A stretch of 64,000 nucleotides of DNA from an uncultured Thermoplasmata archaeon (lineage in GTDB: Archaea > Thermoplasmatota > Thermoplasmata > Lutacidiplasmatales > UBA184). Where the stretch lies: positions 543,261 through 607,260 of the forward strand of contig CAWDQO010000005.1 of the NCBI GenBank assembly GCA_963804525.1, in the 5' to 3' direction. A model generated the notes under the pieces. That model did not search any database, was not told the origin of the DNA, and saw nothing but the letters and a program-made list of their open reading frames with translations. A program made the translations under genes and the position numbers. Shown one piece after another: positions 1-8,763 of the stretch (positions are counted from its first letter, which is position 1; every line of letters begins with the position of its first letter).

Positions 1-560
1 AGGGCGCCGAGCCCCGCGTTGCTGTTGTTGCCGCCGCCGGTCAGCGCCGCGAAGAACGCGAACTGCGCGATGTAGCTGATCGCCCCGGCGAGGGTCGCGG
101 CGAGGGTCATGAGGAGGATGTCCCGGTCCTTGATGTGGGCGAGCTCGTGGGCGAGGACGCCCCGCAGCTCCCGGTCGTCGAGGAGGTGGAGGATCCCCTC
201 GGTCGCGGCGACGACCGCGTGCCGGTGGTCCCGACCGGTCGCGAACGCGTTCGGGGTCATCGTCGGGACGATGGCGATCCGCGGCGCCTCGAGGCCGAAC
301 ATCGGGGCAAGTTCCTCAACGATCTTCGCGAGCCGGGGCGCCTCCGACGGCTTGACGATCTTCGCGCGGGATGCCCAGAGGACGAACCGGTCGCAGAGGA
401 AGTACGAGATCAGGTTGAACGCGAGGGAGAAGACGAACGCGACGAGGAGCCCCCCGAGGAAGCTTCCGAACAGGTACTCCCCGGCGACCCCCCCGATCAC
501 GACGAACAGGGCGATGATCGCCGCGAACAGCGCCGCGGTGCGCCCCGAGGTGCTCGCCAT
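1..560 (-). CDS. htpX: HtpX-like M48 zinc metalloprotease, N-terminal portion (gene runs off the window start)
   Basis: Minus-strand translation from ATG (rc of 558-560) reads MASTSGRTAALFAAIIALFVV... with two N-terminal TM helices, then HELAHIKDRD (HExxH zinc motif, rc of ~121-150). Plus-strand ORFs 109-1077 and 135-596 are Arg/Gly-rich antisense artefacts. Confidence 0.8.
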   Translation of the reverse strand, partial: MASTSGRTAALFAAIIALFVVIGGVAGEYLFGSFLGGLLVAFVFSLAFNLISYFLCDRFVLWASRAKIVKPSEAPRLAKIVEELAPMFGLEAPRIAIVPTMTPNAFATGRDHRHAVVAATEGILHLLDDRELRGVLAHELAHIKDRDILLMTLAATLAGAISYIAQFAFFAALTGGGNNSNAGLGA

Positions 561-590
561 CTCCGTCCTCCCGAGTTCGAGCCCGTGGCC

Positions 591-597
591 GTATAAA
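591..597 (-). promoter_or_regulatory. TATA-like box (TTTATAC on minus strand) ~30 nt upstream of the htpX start
   Basis: Only AT-rich heptamer in the 40-nt tiaS-htpX spacer; spacing matches other TATA-to-start distances in this window. Confidence 0.4.
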
Positions 598-600
598 GGA

Positions 601-1911
601 CTACGCGGCGGCCGGCTCCGGTCCGAGAGGAGCGAGGTGCCGCCGGGCCGACGGCGTCGGATGGTACGTCCCGCGCGGCACGGTTCCGGGTCGCGGGTGG
701 AGGACGGCGGCCTCCGGGGGCCAGCGTCGGTGACAACCCGGGCAACGGTACCCGCGGGACGTACCGAGCGACCTCGCACGGCGGTCGCAGGTGGGGCATT
801 GGGGCGCGGCGGGAATCGAGGCGGACGGTCCGTGCGAGAGGACCCGGATCCCCTCGACCCGGAACACCGGATCCGGGCCGGTGCCGCCCCAGAGCTCGAC
901 GCGGTCGCCGGGTCGAAGTCCCCGCGCGATCCCTGGCAGGACCTTGGTCGGCTCGAACACCCGGCACGGCACGACCCCGGCCGGCATCGCAAGGTCGAGG
1001 GCGACGTGGCCCCCGCGGAGCGGGGTCGGCGGCGAGGCCACGGCCCCCCGGAGCCGTGCCGGGGTGAACGGCGGTAGGGGAGGCATGCGCCGGGTCCGGA
1101 GGTGGTCGCCGGTCCCCTGGTTGGTCCGGAACAGGAGCCACCGGTCCACCGTCTCGGACGTTACCCACTTCCGCGCCCGCAAGGCGCCCTCCGGCGTCCT
1201 CGAACGGAGCCCGTAGAGGATCGGGCAGGGGGTGTGGGGCGCCACGAGAAGGCGACGGGTCCTCGGGTCGAAGCAGAGGAAGAGCGACGGTTCCCGCCGC
1301 GCCGCGTCCCGGACCGAGCTCGGGTCGACGGCGCGGGGACCGGAGGCACCGGCCGTCCGGTAGGCGATCAGCTCCCACGTCCGCCGCCGACCCGGCCAGG
1401 CCACCGCCGCGGCGGCGCCCACGATCCCGCGGTTGGACCCCTCGGTTCGCCACCAGGCTCCCGCGCTCCGCAGGGCTCGTTCCACCGCCGCGGGTTCGAC
1501 CACACCGCCGACGGCCGCATCGGTACCATCCGGCCGGGAGCCGTCGCCGCGCGACGACGAGCGCCGGGTCGGTCCGATCCGCGGGGCGGGACATCGAGCG
1601 GACGAGGTCCCACGCGGCCGTCCGGAATCGGGCGATCTCGGCCTCGCTCGGGGGGCGGGCGCGACGGAACGCCCGGACCGGCGGCCCCGGACCTCGCCGA
1701 TCGTCCGGGCCGGGCCGACGCCATGGCCGAGGGCGACGGAGAGCGAGGCGTTCCCCCGCGTCTTCCAGGGGATGTTCGGGTTCAGCCGGACGAGGCGCGG
1801 CTCCCCGACGACGTCGAGGCCGTGAGCGGCTCCGAGGGCGACGAGCTCGGTGAGGACGTGGGTCGTGCAACCGCCCGAAGGCGAGTCGGTGTCGTCAATT
1901 CCGAGGAGCAT
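601..1911 (-). CDS. tiaS: tRNA(Ile2) 2-agmatinylcytidine synthetase TiaS
   Basis: N-terminus MLLGIDDTDSPSGGCTTH (TiaS kinase-like signature) and C-terminal Zn ribbon CPTCDRRARSLGTSRGYRCPGC; 436 aa; archaeal-specific enzyme. Confidence 0.8.
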   Translation of the reverse strand: MLLGIDDTDSPSGGCTTHVLTELVALGAAHGLDVVGEPRLVRLNPNIPWKTRGNASLSVALGHGVGPARTIGEVRGRRSGRSVAPAPRARPRSPDSGRPRGTSSARCPAPRIGPTRRSSSRGDGSRPDGTDAAVGGVVEPAAVERALRSAGAWWRTEGSNRGIVGAAAAVAWPGRRRTWELIAYRTAGASGPRAVDPSSVRDAARREPSLFLCFDPRTRRLLVAPHTPCPILYGLRSRTPEGALRARKWVTSETVDRWLLFRTNQGTGDHLRTRRMPPLPPFTPARLRGAVASPPTPLRGGHVALDLAMPAGVVPCRVFEPTKVLPGIARGLRPGDRVELWGGTGPDPVFRVEGIRVLSHGPSASIPAAPQCPTCDRRARSLGTSRGYRCPGCHRRWPPEAAVLHPRPGTVPRGTYHPTPSARRHLAPLGPEPAAA

Positions 1912-2797
1912 CGGCGGTTCCTGCGGCCGTGCGGCGGCGACGGCGCCACAGGAGGAGCCCGCCGACGAGGGCGACCGCGGCGACCCCGGTGACGATCAGC
2001 ACGTCGCCGAGCGGGAACGCCGGGTGGAACGTCACGCTGGCGGTCCCCGTCGGCGTGGTCCCGAGGTTGCCGGAGGCGGTCGGCGCCCCGTACCCGAGCG
2101 GGTCGTTCGCGACCGACTGGTCCTGGAACCCGGCGGCAGAGGTGATCGCGGTCCCGGCGGGCCCGGTGACCGAGGCCGAGACGTTCGGCCCCGGGACGGC
2201 GAGTCCGCCGAACAACGACCCGAGCGACAGGTTCCAGTTGATGGCGAGGGTTCCGCTCGTGCCGGTCGGGAGGAACTGCTCGGAGAGGGACGTGATCACG
2301 GTGACCGGCGCGGTCGAGGTGTCCGGGCCGGGCCCGCCGAGGAACGTGATGCCCGTGATCTGGCCGGACCCCGGTGGATTCCCGTTCAGGGACATCGAAA
2401 GGAACCCCGTCCCGGTGAACAGCGTCGAGGGGAGCGTCCCGGTCTCGCTCCGCAGCAGGTCCTCGAACATCGAGACCTCCCCCGGTTCGACCGTGCCGTC
2501 CCGGTTGCCGAACAGGCCGGCGAGGAACGGGCTCGACTCGGCGCCCTCGAGCTCGGCGTAGAGGGCCGCGTGGCTCGACACGTTCCCCGGAAGAAGGTCC
2601 ACGATCGCCGTGAAGTTCCCGTCCATCGCGTACCGGAGCGCCGAGCCGTTCGGGTCAACGATCGACAGCGCGACGTTCACGTCGCCGTTCGTCCCCACGG
2701 TGACCCCCGCCGAGGGGTTCGTCGCCGCCGCGAGCCCCGAGGCGAGGAGGAGGCCGAGGACGACCGCGGCCGGGGCGACCGGCGTCCTCCGGGACAT
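1895..2797 (-). CDS. secreted/anchored protein with signal peptide, many N-X-S/T sequons and a C-terminal TM helix followed by an RRRRR tail
   Basis: Start at internal ATG (rc of 2795-2797): MSRRTPVAPAAVVLGLLLASGLAAA. C-terminus ...HPAFPLGDVLIVTGVAAVALVGGLLLWRRRRR. The rest of ORF 1895-3652 upstream of this Met is frame junk. Sits 14 nt downstream of the korB-like gene. Confidence 0.6.
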   Translation of the reverse strand: MSRRTPVAPAAVVLGLLLASGLAAATNPSAGVTVGTNGDVNVALSIVDPNGSALRYAMDGNFTAIVDLLPGNVSSHAALYAELEGAESSPFLAGLFGNRDGTVEPGEVSMFEDLLRSETGTLPSTLFTGTGFLSMSLNGNPPGSGQITGITFLGGPGPDTSTAPVTVITSLSEQFLPTGTSGTLAINWNLSLGSLFGGLAVPGPNVSASVTGPAGTAITSAAGFQDQSVANDPLGYGAPTASGNLGTTPTGTASVTFHPAFPLGDVLIVTGVAAVALVGGLLLWRRRRRTAAGTADAPRN

Positions 2798-2811
2798 TCG
2801 ACCTTCGGGGA

Positions 2812-3684
2812 TCACGCCGCGGCGCGGAGGAGCTTCTCGTAGGCCGCCCGGTTCGCCTCGACCCCGATCTCCGCCCGCGCCGGTCCGATCTTGTCCGGCA
2901 GGAGCTTCAGTTCGAGCCCGGGTTCCTTCGGGTTGGGTGCAGCGGGGCGGTGCATGACGCCGACCGGGATCTTTCCGGATTGCATCGTCTCCACGCAGAG
3001 GCGGAACGTCGTCTGGCGGTCGGTGGGGTCGTACCCCGGGAGGGTGGCAACGTCGACGATCCGGGCCCGCCAATCCTTGAACGTATCGTTGTAGGTGACG
3101 CACGGCGACAGGTCCTCGACGAACGCGAACCCGCGGTTCTCCCGGTTGAACCGGATCGCCTCGACGAACACCTGGGTCATCGTCTTCGGGTCGCCGGAGA
3201 ACGTGCGGGCGATGAAGTTCGGGACCGGGATCGAGAGCGCGGTCAGGATCGCGTCGAACGGCGCCTCGACGTTCCCCTCGAAGCCGACCTGGCTCGTCGG
3301 GGACGCCTGCCCCTTCGTCAGGCCGTACGTCTCGTTGTTCATGACGACGTAGAGGAACGACGCGTTCTTCTTGAACGCGTGCATGAAATGGCCCATCCCG
3401 ATCGCGTAGCCGTCCCCGTCGCCGCCGGCGGCGATCACGGTGAGCTCCGGGTTCGAGAGCTTCACGCCGACCGCCTGCGCGAGCAGTCGCCCATGGAGCG
3501 CGTGGATCCCGTTCGTCTCGATGAAATTGTGGATTCCGCCGGAGCACCCAATCCCGCCGACGAGGACAACCTCGTGCGCGGGTACGCCGACCTCGGCGAT
3601 CGCCTTCTTGATCGCGGCGAGCGTTCCGAAGTCCCCGCACCCGGGACACCACGTCGACGCGACCGGCTTCACCGAGGTCACCAT
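2812..3684 (-). CDS. 2-oxoacid:ferredoxin oxidoreductase beta subunit (TPP-binding)
   Basis: MVTSVKPVASTWCPGCGDFG...GGDGDGYAIGMGHFMH; TPP/Fe-S family typical of two-subunit archaeal OFOR. Real start is the internal ATG at rc 3682-3684; the rest of ORF 2812-4860 is junk. Confidence 0.9.
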   Translation of the reverse strand: MVTSVKPVASTWCPGCGDFGTLAAIKKAIAEVGVPAHEVVLVGGIGCSGGIHNFIETNGIHALHGRLLAQAVGVKLSNPELTVIAAGGDGDGYAIGMGHFMHAFKKNASFLYVVMNNETYGLTKGQASPTSQVGFEGNVEAPFDAILTALSIPVPNFIARTFSGDPKTMTQVFVEAIRFNRENRGFAFVEDLSPCVTYNDTFKDWRARIVDVATLPGYDPTDRQTTFRLCVETMQSGKIPVGVMHRPAAPNPKEPGLELKLLPDKIGPARAEIGVEANRAAYEKLLRAAA

Positions 3685-3686
3685 CG

Positions 3687-5483
3687 TCAGGTCCCTCCCC
3701 GGATCGGAGCGACGATCTCCGGCGCCCGGAACGAATCGCCGTCGAACTTGCGGATCGAGCGGAGCTTGCGGTAGTGCTGGGGGAGCGCCCCCCGGATCAG
3801 GTCCTCGAACTGGCCGGTGTAGTTGTGCTCGACGATGTACGCCCGGTCGACCGACGCGAGGAACGGCTCGAGGGTCTTGACCGGGACCGGGAAGAGGGTC
3901 CGGGCGTTGTAGAACCGGGTCGCGAACCCTTCCCGCTCCAGGATCGCCTGCGCCTCGCGGATCGGGCCGAACGTCGAACCGTAGCCGATGATCCCGACCT
4001 TCGCTCCGGGCGCTCCGAACAGGTGGGGGACCGGGAGCTCGGGCTCGACGTGGATGAGCTTCCCCATCCGCTTCTGCATCATCTTGACCCGGTTCACCGG
4101 ATTCACCGAAACGTGGCCGAGCTCGTTGTGCTCGTTCCCGGTCACCTGGCTGAACACGCCGGGAGTTCCGGGGAGGACGTACGGGGAGACCCCGTTGGGG
4201 GTGAATTGGTAGTGGGCGTAGGTCGTGAGCTTCTGGACCTGCTCCGCCGTGAGCCGGGTGCCCCGGTCGACCTCCACGCCCTTCAGCTGGAACGGCTCGG
4301 CGGTGGTCGTGTTCTGGCAGAGCGCCTGGTCGAGCAGGAGGATGACGGGGAGCCTCCACTTCTCCGCGAGGTTCAGCGCCTGGACGGTGATCTCGAAGCA
4401 ATCCTCGACCGTTCCGGGCGCGAGGATCAGCCGCGGGTACTCGCCATGGCCGAGGTGGGCCAGGTGGGCGAGGTCGGATTGCTCGTGGCGGGTCGGCTCC
4501 CCCGTCGAGGGGCCCACGCGCTGGCAGTCGGCGACGACGATCGGGACCTCGGCGGTCCCGGCGTGCCCGATCCCCTCGGTCATGAGCGAGAGGCCCGGTC
4601 CGCTCGTCGAGGTCATCACGCGGGCGCCGGCGTACGACGCCCCGATGATCATGTTGATCGCCGCGAGCTCGTCCTCGGCCTGCCGGACGACGCCGTGGAA
4701 CGCGGGAAGGTACCGCATGAGGTACTCCATGACCTCGGTCGCGGGCGTGATCGGGTACCCCGCGAAGAACCGCCCGCCGCCGACGACGAAGCCGAGTGCG
4801 ACCGCCTGGTTGCCGATGGTGAGGATCTGGTGCTGGGCATCCCCGTCGACCACGTGCCACCGGTCGGCGAGCCCGGGGGTGTCGGTCGCCGCCTTTCGGC
4901 CGATCTCCAGGGCGGTGAGGTTCTTCTGGAGCGCTTCGCCGCCCCGCCGGGCGAACCGCTCCTCGATCACCGCGCGGGTCTGTGCCGGGTCGAACCCCAT
5001 GAGGACCGAGATCGCGCCGTAGGCGGCGGTGTTCTTGTAGATCGGCTGGCCGACCGCGCCGCCGACCATCGTGGCGAACGGAAAGCCGACGGCGTTCGGC
5101 CCTTCGAGCTGGAACGATGTCGAGTCGTAAAGGATCGCCCCGTCGGGGGCGAGCTCGGCGCGGCCGATCTCGGCCGCTTCCTTGTCGAACGCGACGATCA
5201 ATTCGACGTCCGACTTCACCGCGGCCGTCGGTTCCCGGGAGGCCCGGATCGACGCGTCGGCGTGTCCGCCCCGGATCCGGGACAGGACGTTCCTCGAAGT
5301 GTAGACGTAGAGTCCGCGCTTCCGGAAGTAGCGCCCGAGGAGGTCGGAGACGGTGAGCGTCCCGTCGCCCCCCTGTCCCCCGATCATGACGGCGAGGTCG
5401 CTGAGCTCCTTCGGCCGGGGCGGAGTGCCTTGGCCCCCGGCCGTGGCCGGGTGCGGCGTCGATTGCGCGGCCGGAGTAGTCAT
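3687..5483 (-). CDS. 2-oxoacid:ferredoxin oxidoreductase alpha subunit (fused gamma-alpha type)
   Basis: LAVMIGGQGGDGTLTV... and GYPITPATEVMEY, large PFOR/KOR alpha homology. Stop is 2 nt before the beta-subunit ATG. Start chosen at MTTPAAQ (rc 5481-5483) because the upstream part of the ORF overlaps the TATA box; ATG at rc 5385-5387 (MIGGQGG) is an alternative. Confidence 0.85.
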   Translation of the reverse strand: MTTPAAQSTPHPATAGGQGTPPRPKELSDLAVMIGGQGGDGTLTVSDLLGRYFRKRGLYVYTSRNVLSRIRGGHADASIRASREPTAAVKSDVELIVAFDKEAAEIGRAELAPDGAILYDSTSFQLEGPNAVGFPFATMVGGAVGQPIYKNTAAYGAISVLMGFDPAQTRAVIEERFARRGGEALQKNLTALEIGRKAATDTPGLADRWHVVDGDAQHQILTIGNQAVALGFVVGGGRFFAGYPITPATEVMEYLMRYLPAFHGVVRQAEDELAAINMIIGASYAGARVMTSTSGPGLSLMTEGIGHAGTAEVPIVVADCQRVGPSTGEPTRHEQSDLAHLAHLGHGEYPRLILAPGTVEDCFEITVQALNLAEKWRLPVILLLDQALCQNTTTAEPFQLKGVEVDRGTRLTAEQVQKLTTYAHYQFTPNGVSPYVLPGTPGVFSQVTGNEHNELGHVSVNPVNRVKMMQKRMGKLIHVEPELPVPHLFGAPGAKVGIIGYGSTFGPIREAQAILEREGFATRFYNARTLFPVPVKTLEPFLASVDRAYIVEHNYTGQFEDLIRGALPQHYRKLRSIRKFDGDSFRAPEIVAPIRGGT

Positions 5484-5538
5484 GGAACTTCCGTCGGACG
5501 CGTGGCGTGTCCGTTCGTAGCGATTCGAGGGTGCGGGT

Positions 5539-5547
5539 CTATTTAAC
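5539..5547 (-). promoter_or_regulatory. TATA-like element (TTAAATAG on minus strand) in the divergent korA/leuA spacer
   Basis: rc of ctatttaac; ~55 nt upstream of the korA ATG. Confidence 0.3.
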
Positions 5548-5670
5548 GGTGGGGACGCGAGCCGTTTTTCCGGCGGCCGGAACGGCGGAAATCCGGGCGG
5601 ACGACGCGGGGTCGCCACGGCGGGAGATGCGGCCGTACGTTAGCGTACAAACGTCGGGTCTGTGGAAAGG

Positions 5671-5676
5671 TTATCT
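5671..5676 (+). promoter_or_regulatory. TATA-like box (GGTTATCT) 25 nt upstream of the leaderless leuA start
   Basis: Same GTTTATCT-type motif precedes the Kelch-2 gene (36843) and the hypothetical gene at 50008 at identical spacing. Confidence 0.4.
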
Positions 5677-5700
5677 CGCTCGCGCCGCTCGATGCGCCCG

Positions 5701-6949
5701 ATGCCGGACCGGCAGCTCGTCGAGAATTATCACACGGCCACCGCGAGCCAGCGACGGTTCGCGAAGCCGATCCAGTTCTGGGACGAGACGCTCCGCGACG
5801 GCGAACAGATGCCGGGCGTCCACTTCTCGCCGGAGGAGAAGCTCCGGATCGCCACCGTCCTGAGCGACGTCGGAGTCTCCGTGATCGACGCCGGAATTCC
5901 CGTCGTTTCCCCGGACGAGGCGGCGGCGGTCCGCCGGGTCGCCGGCGCCGGGCTCTCGGCGAAGATCCTCGCCTCGGCCCGCACGGTGCCGGGGGACGTC
6001 GACGCCGTGATCCGGAGCGGCGCCACGCACATCGCGATCTTCGTCGCGGCGAGCGAGGTCCATCTCCGGTACAAGCTGAAGATGACCCAGGACGAGGTCG
6101 TCGCGGCCTCGCTCGCGACCGTCCGCCAGGCGAAGGACGCCGGACTCCACGTCGCGTTCGTGACCGAGGACACGGTCCGGGCCCCGTTCGACTTCGTGGA
6201 GCGCCTCTATACGGAGGTCAAGAACGCCGGCGCCGACCGGCTCGTCCTCTCCGACACGGTCGGGATCATGACCCCGCTCACGTTCCGCTGGTACCTGGAA
6301 GAGTTCGCGCGAAGGGTCCGTCCGACCGACTGGTCGGTCCACTGCCACAACGACTTCGGCCTCGCGGTCGCGAACACGCTCACCGCGTGCGAGGTCGGGG
6401 TCACGGCCCCCCACGTCTGCGTCAACGGCCTCGGCGAGCGGGCGGGGAACGCTTCGCTCGAAGAGGTCGTCGTCGCGCTCGAGTCGCTGTACCAGGTGTC
6501 CACGGGGATCCGGACCGACCGGCTCTACGAGCTTTCCCGGCTCGTCGAGGAGATCTCCGGTGTCCCGATCCCGCCGAACAAGGCGCTCGTCGGGTACAAT
6601 TCGTTCAGCCACGAGGCGGGGATCCACACCCACGGGGTGCTCGCCCACACGCTGACGTACGAGCCGCTGCAGCCGGAGGTCGTCGGGCGTCACCGCCAGA
6701 TGATCCTCGGCAAGCACACCGGGAAGGCGGCCCTCGTCGAGAAGCTGAAGGAGCGGAACGTGACGGCCACCGACCCGCTCCTCGCAGAACTCCTCCGTCG
6801 GGTCAAGGAGGGCGGGGAGGCTCGGGGAAAGGAGCAGCTGGGAGCGTTCCTCGCGGAGTACCGGTCGCTGTTCGAGCACCCCGGGCATCTCCGACGCCGA
6901 GTTCTGGCAGATGGTGGTCGACGCGGGAATCCCCTTGGAGGCTGCATGA
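5701..6949 (+). CDS. leuA: 2-isopropylmalate/citramalate synthase family (LeuA/CimA, short form without regulatory domain); frame interrupted near 6877-6887
   Basis: FWDETLRDGEQ, HCHNDFGLAVANTL, GLGERAGNASLEEV, SHEAGIHTHGV. In frame +1 the C-terminus ...ISDAEFWQMVVDAGIPLEAA ends with TGA overlapping the leuC ATG. As written, the sequence reads through into leuC in frame via an Arg-rich tail. Confidence 0.75.
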
Positions 6950-8232
6950 GCGCGAACGGAGGCCACGGAGCGACCCTTGCCGAGAAGATCCTCGCCCGGG
7001 CGAGCGGACTCGAAACGGTCGTCCCCGGACAGATCATCGAGGGACAGGTCGACCTCGCGATGATGCACGAGCAGGGGGCGCAGACGGTCGGTCCGTTCCA
7101 CGAGATGGGCGCGACGGAGGTCTGGGACCCCGAACGGGTCGTCATCGCCATCGACCACTGGGTCCCGGCGTCGACCGAGGGGGCCGCCGTCCTGCACCGG
7201 ATCTTGCGCAAGTTCGCCAACGAGCAGCACCTTCCCCACTTCTACGACGTCGGCAACCACGGGATCTGCCACCAGATCCTCGCCGAGAACGGCTGGGTCG
7301 TTCCGGGCGACCTCGCGGTCGGCACCGACTCCCACACGAACATGCTGGGGGCGATGGGCGCCGTCGCGGCCGGGATCGGTCCGACGGAGATGGCCGCGGT
7401 GCTCGCGCTCGGCCGGCTCTGGCTGAAGGTCCCCCCGACGATCCGCGTCAACGTCCGGGGAACGCTCGGTCCGGGCGTCGTGGCGAAGGACCTCGTCCTC
7501 CGGATCCTCGGCGAGGTGAAGACGACCGGCGCGACGTACAAGTCCGTCGAGTACGGCGGTCCGGCGATCGCCGCGCTGTCGATGCCCGAGCGGTTCACGA
7601 TCTGCAACATGACCACCGAGATGGGCGCGAAGTGCGGCATGGTCGCGCCCGACCAGACCACGTACGAGTACCTCGCGAAGATCGCGAAGCACTCGATGCA
7701 CCCGCTCCAGCCGGATGCGGACGCGAAGTACGAGCGGACGATCGACGTCGACCTGACGGGAATGGAACCGATGGTCGCGTGCCCGTACTCCCCGGACAAC
7801 GTCCGCCCGCTCCCCGACGTCGTCCGCGAGCACGTCAAGATCGACCAGGCGTTCCTCGGCTCCTGCACGAACGCCCGCATCGAGGACCTGAGGGAAGGGG
7901 CGGCGCTGATGCGGGGACACAAGGTCCACCCCGGGGTCCGGTTCATCGTCTCTCCGGCGTCGACGGCGATCTACCAGCAGGCGCTCCAGGAGGGGCTCCT
8001 CGAACTGTTCACCGACGCCGGGGCGGTCTTCACGAATTCGAGCTGTTCCGCGTGCTTCGGCGGCAACATGGGGATCATCGCCCCGGACGAGGTCTGCGCG
8101 TCGTCCTCGAACCGGAACTTTCCCGGACGGATGGGCCCCAAGGAGGGCCGGATCTACCTGATGAGCCCGGCCGCGGTCGTCGCGAGCGCCATCAAGGGCG
8201 AGGTCGCCGACCCGCGCGAGGTTCCGGCGTAG
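6946..8232 (+). CDS. leuC: 3-isopropylmalate dehydratase / homoaconitase large subunit (aconitase family)
   Basis: MSANGGHGATLAEKILARASG..., aconitase-family Cys ligand motifs (GSCTNARIEDL, NSSCSACFGGNMG). Confidence 0.9.
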   Translation: MSANGGHGATLAEKILARASGLETVVPGQIIEGQVDLAMMHEQGAQTVGPFHEMGATEVWDPERVVIAIDHWVPASTEGAAVLHRILRKFANEQHLPHFYDVGNHGICHQILAENGWVVPGDLAVGTDSHTNMLGAMGAVAAGIGPTEMAAVLALGRLWLKVPPTIRVNVRGTLGPGVVAKDLVLRILGEVKTTGATYKSVEYGGPAIAALSMPERFTICNMTTEMGAKCGMVAPDQTTYEYLAKIAKHSMHPLQPDADAKYERTIDVDLTGMEPMVACPYSPDNVRPLPDVVREHVKIDQAFLGSCTNARIEDLREGAALMRGHKVHPGVRFIVSPASTAIYQQALQEGLLELFTDAGAVFTNSSCSACFGGNMGIIAPDEVCASSSNRNFPGRMGPKEGRIYLMSPAAVVASAIKGEVADPREVPA

Positions 8233-8241
8233 GAGGGTTCG

Positions 8242-8763
8242 ATGCTCGAGGTCATCGAAGGTCGGGTGTGGGTCCTCGGGGCCGACGTGGACACCGACGG
8301 GATCATCGGCGGAAAGTATCTCACGATCATCGACCCGAACGAGCTGAAGAAGCACGTCTTCGAGATCGCCCTCCCCGAGTTCGCGAAGGGGGCCCGGCCC
8401 GGCGACATCATCGTGGCGGGAGAGAACTTCGGCTGCGGGTCGAGCCGGGAGCACGCCCCCCAGGCGATGCGGGCGATCGGCGTCGGCGCGGTCGTGGCGG
8501 ACTCGTTCGCCCGGATCTTCTTCCGCAACTCGATCAACCTCGGCCTCCCGACGGTCGAGGCCCGGGGGGTCCGGGCGATCTTCGAGCAGGGGGACGTCGC
8601 GCGGATCGAGATGCGCGGCGGCAAGGTCACCAATACCCGCACCGGAGCATCGGTCCAGTTTCCCCCGCTCCCGCACCATCTGCTCGAGCTCCTCGACGTC
8701 GGCGGGCTCGTTCCGAAGGTCCGCCAGGAGCTCGAGGCACGGGCCCGCGGGGCCCCGGCATGA
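8242..8763 (+). CDS. leuD: 3-isopropylmalate dehydratase small subunit
   Basis: 173 aa, GENFGCGSSREHAPQA; GGAGGG Shine-Dalgarno 6 nt upstream. Confidence 0.9.
   Translation: MLEVIEGRVWVLGADVDTDGIIGGKYLTIIDPNELKKHVFEIALPEFAKGARPGDIIVAGENFGCGSSREHAPQAMRAIGVGAVVADSFARIFFRNSINLGLPTVEARGVRAIFEQGDVARIEMRGGKVTNTRTGASVQFPPLPHHLLELLDVGGLVPKVRQELEARARGAPA

Noticed and set aside
109-1077. Plus-strand ORFs 109-1077 and 135-596 at the window start.
   Set aside because: The minus strand here encodes a convincing HtpX (HELAHIKDRD, TM helices) and the TiaS C-terminus. The plus-strand products are Arg-rich junk.
5484-5618. Longer 5' extension of the OFOR alpha ORF (start at 5618).
   Set aside because: The extension (MATPRRPPGFPPFRPPEKRL...) is Pro/Arg junk and would contain the TTAAATAG promoter element itself.
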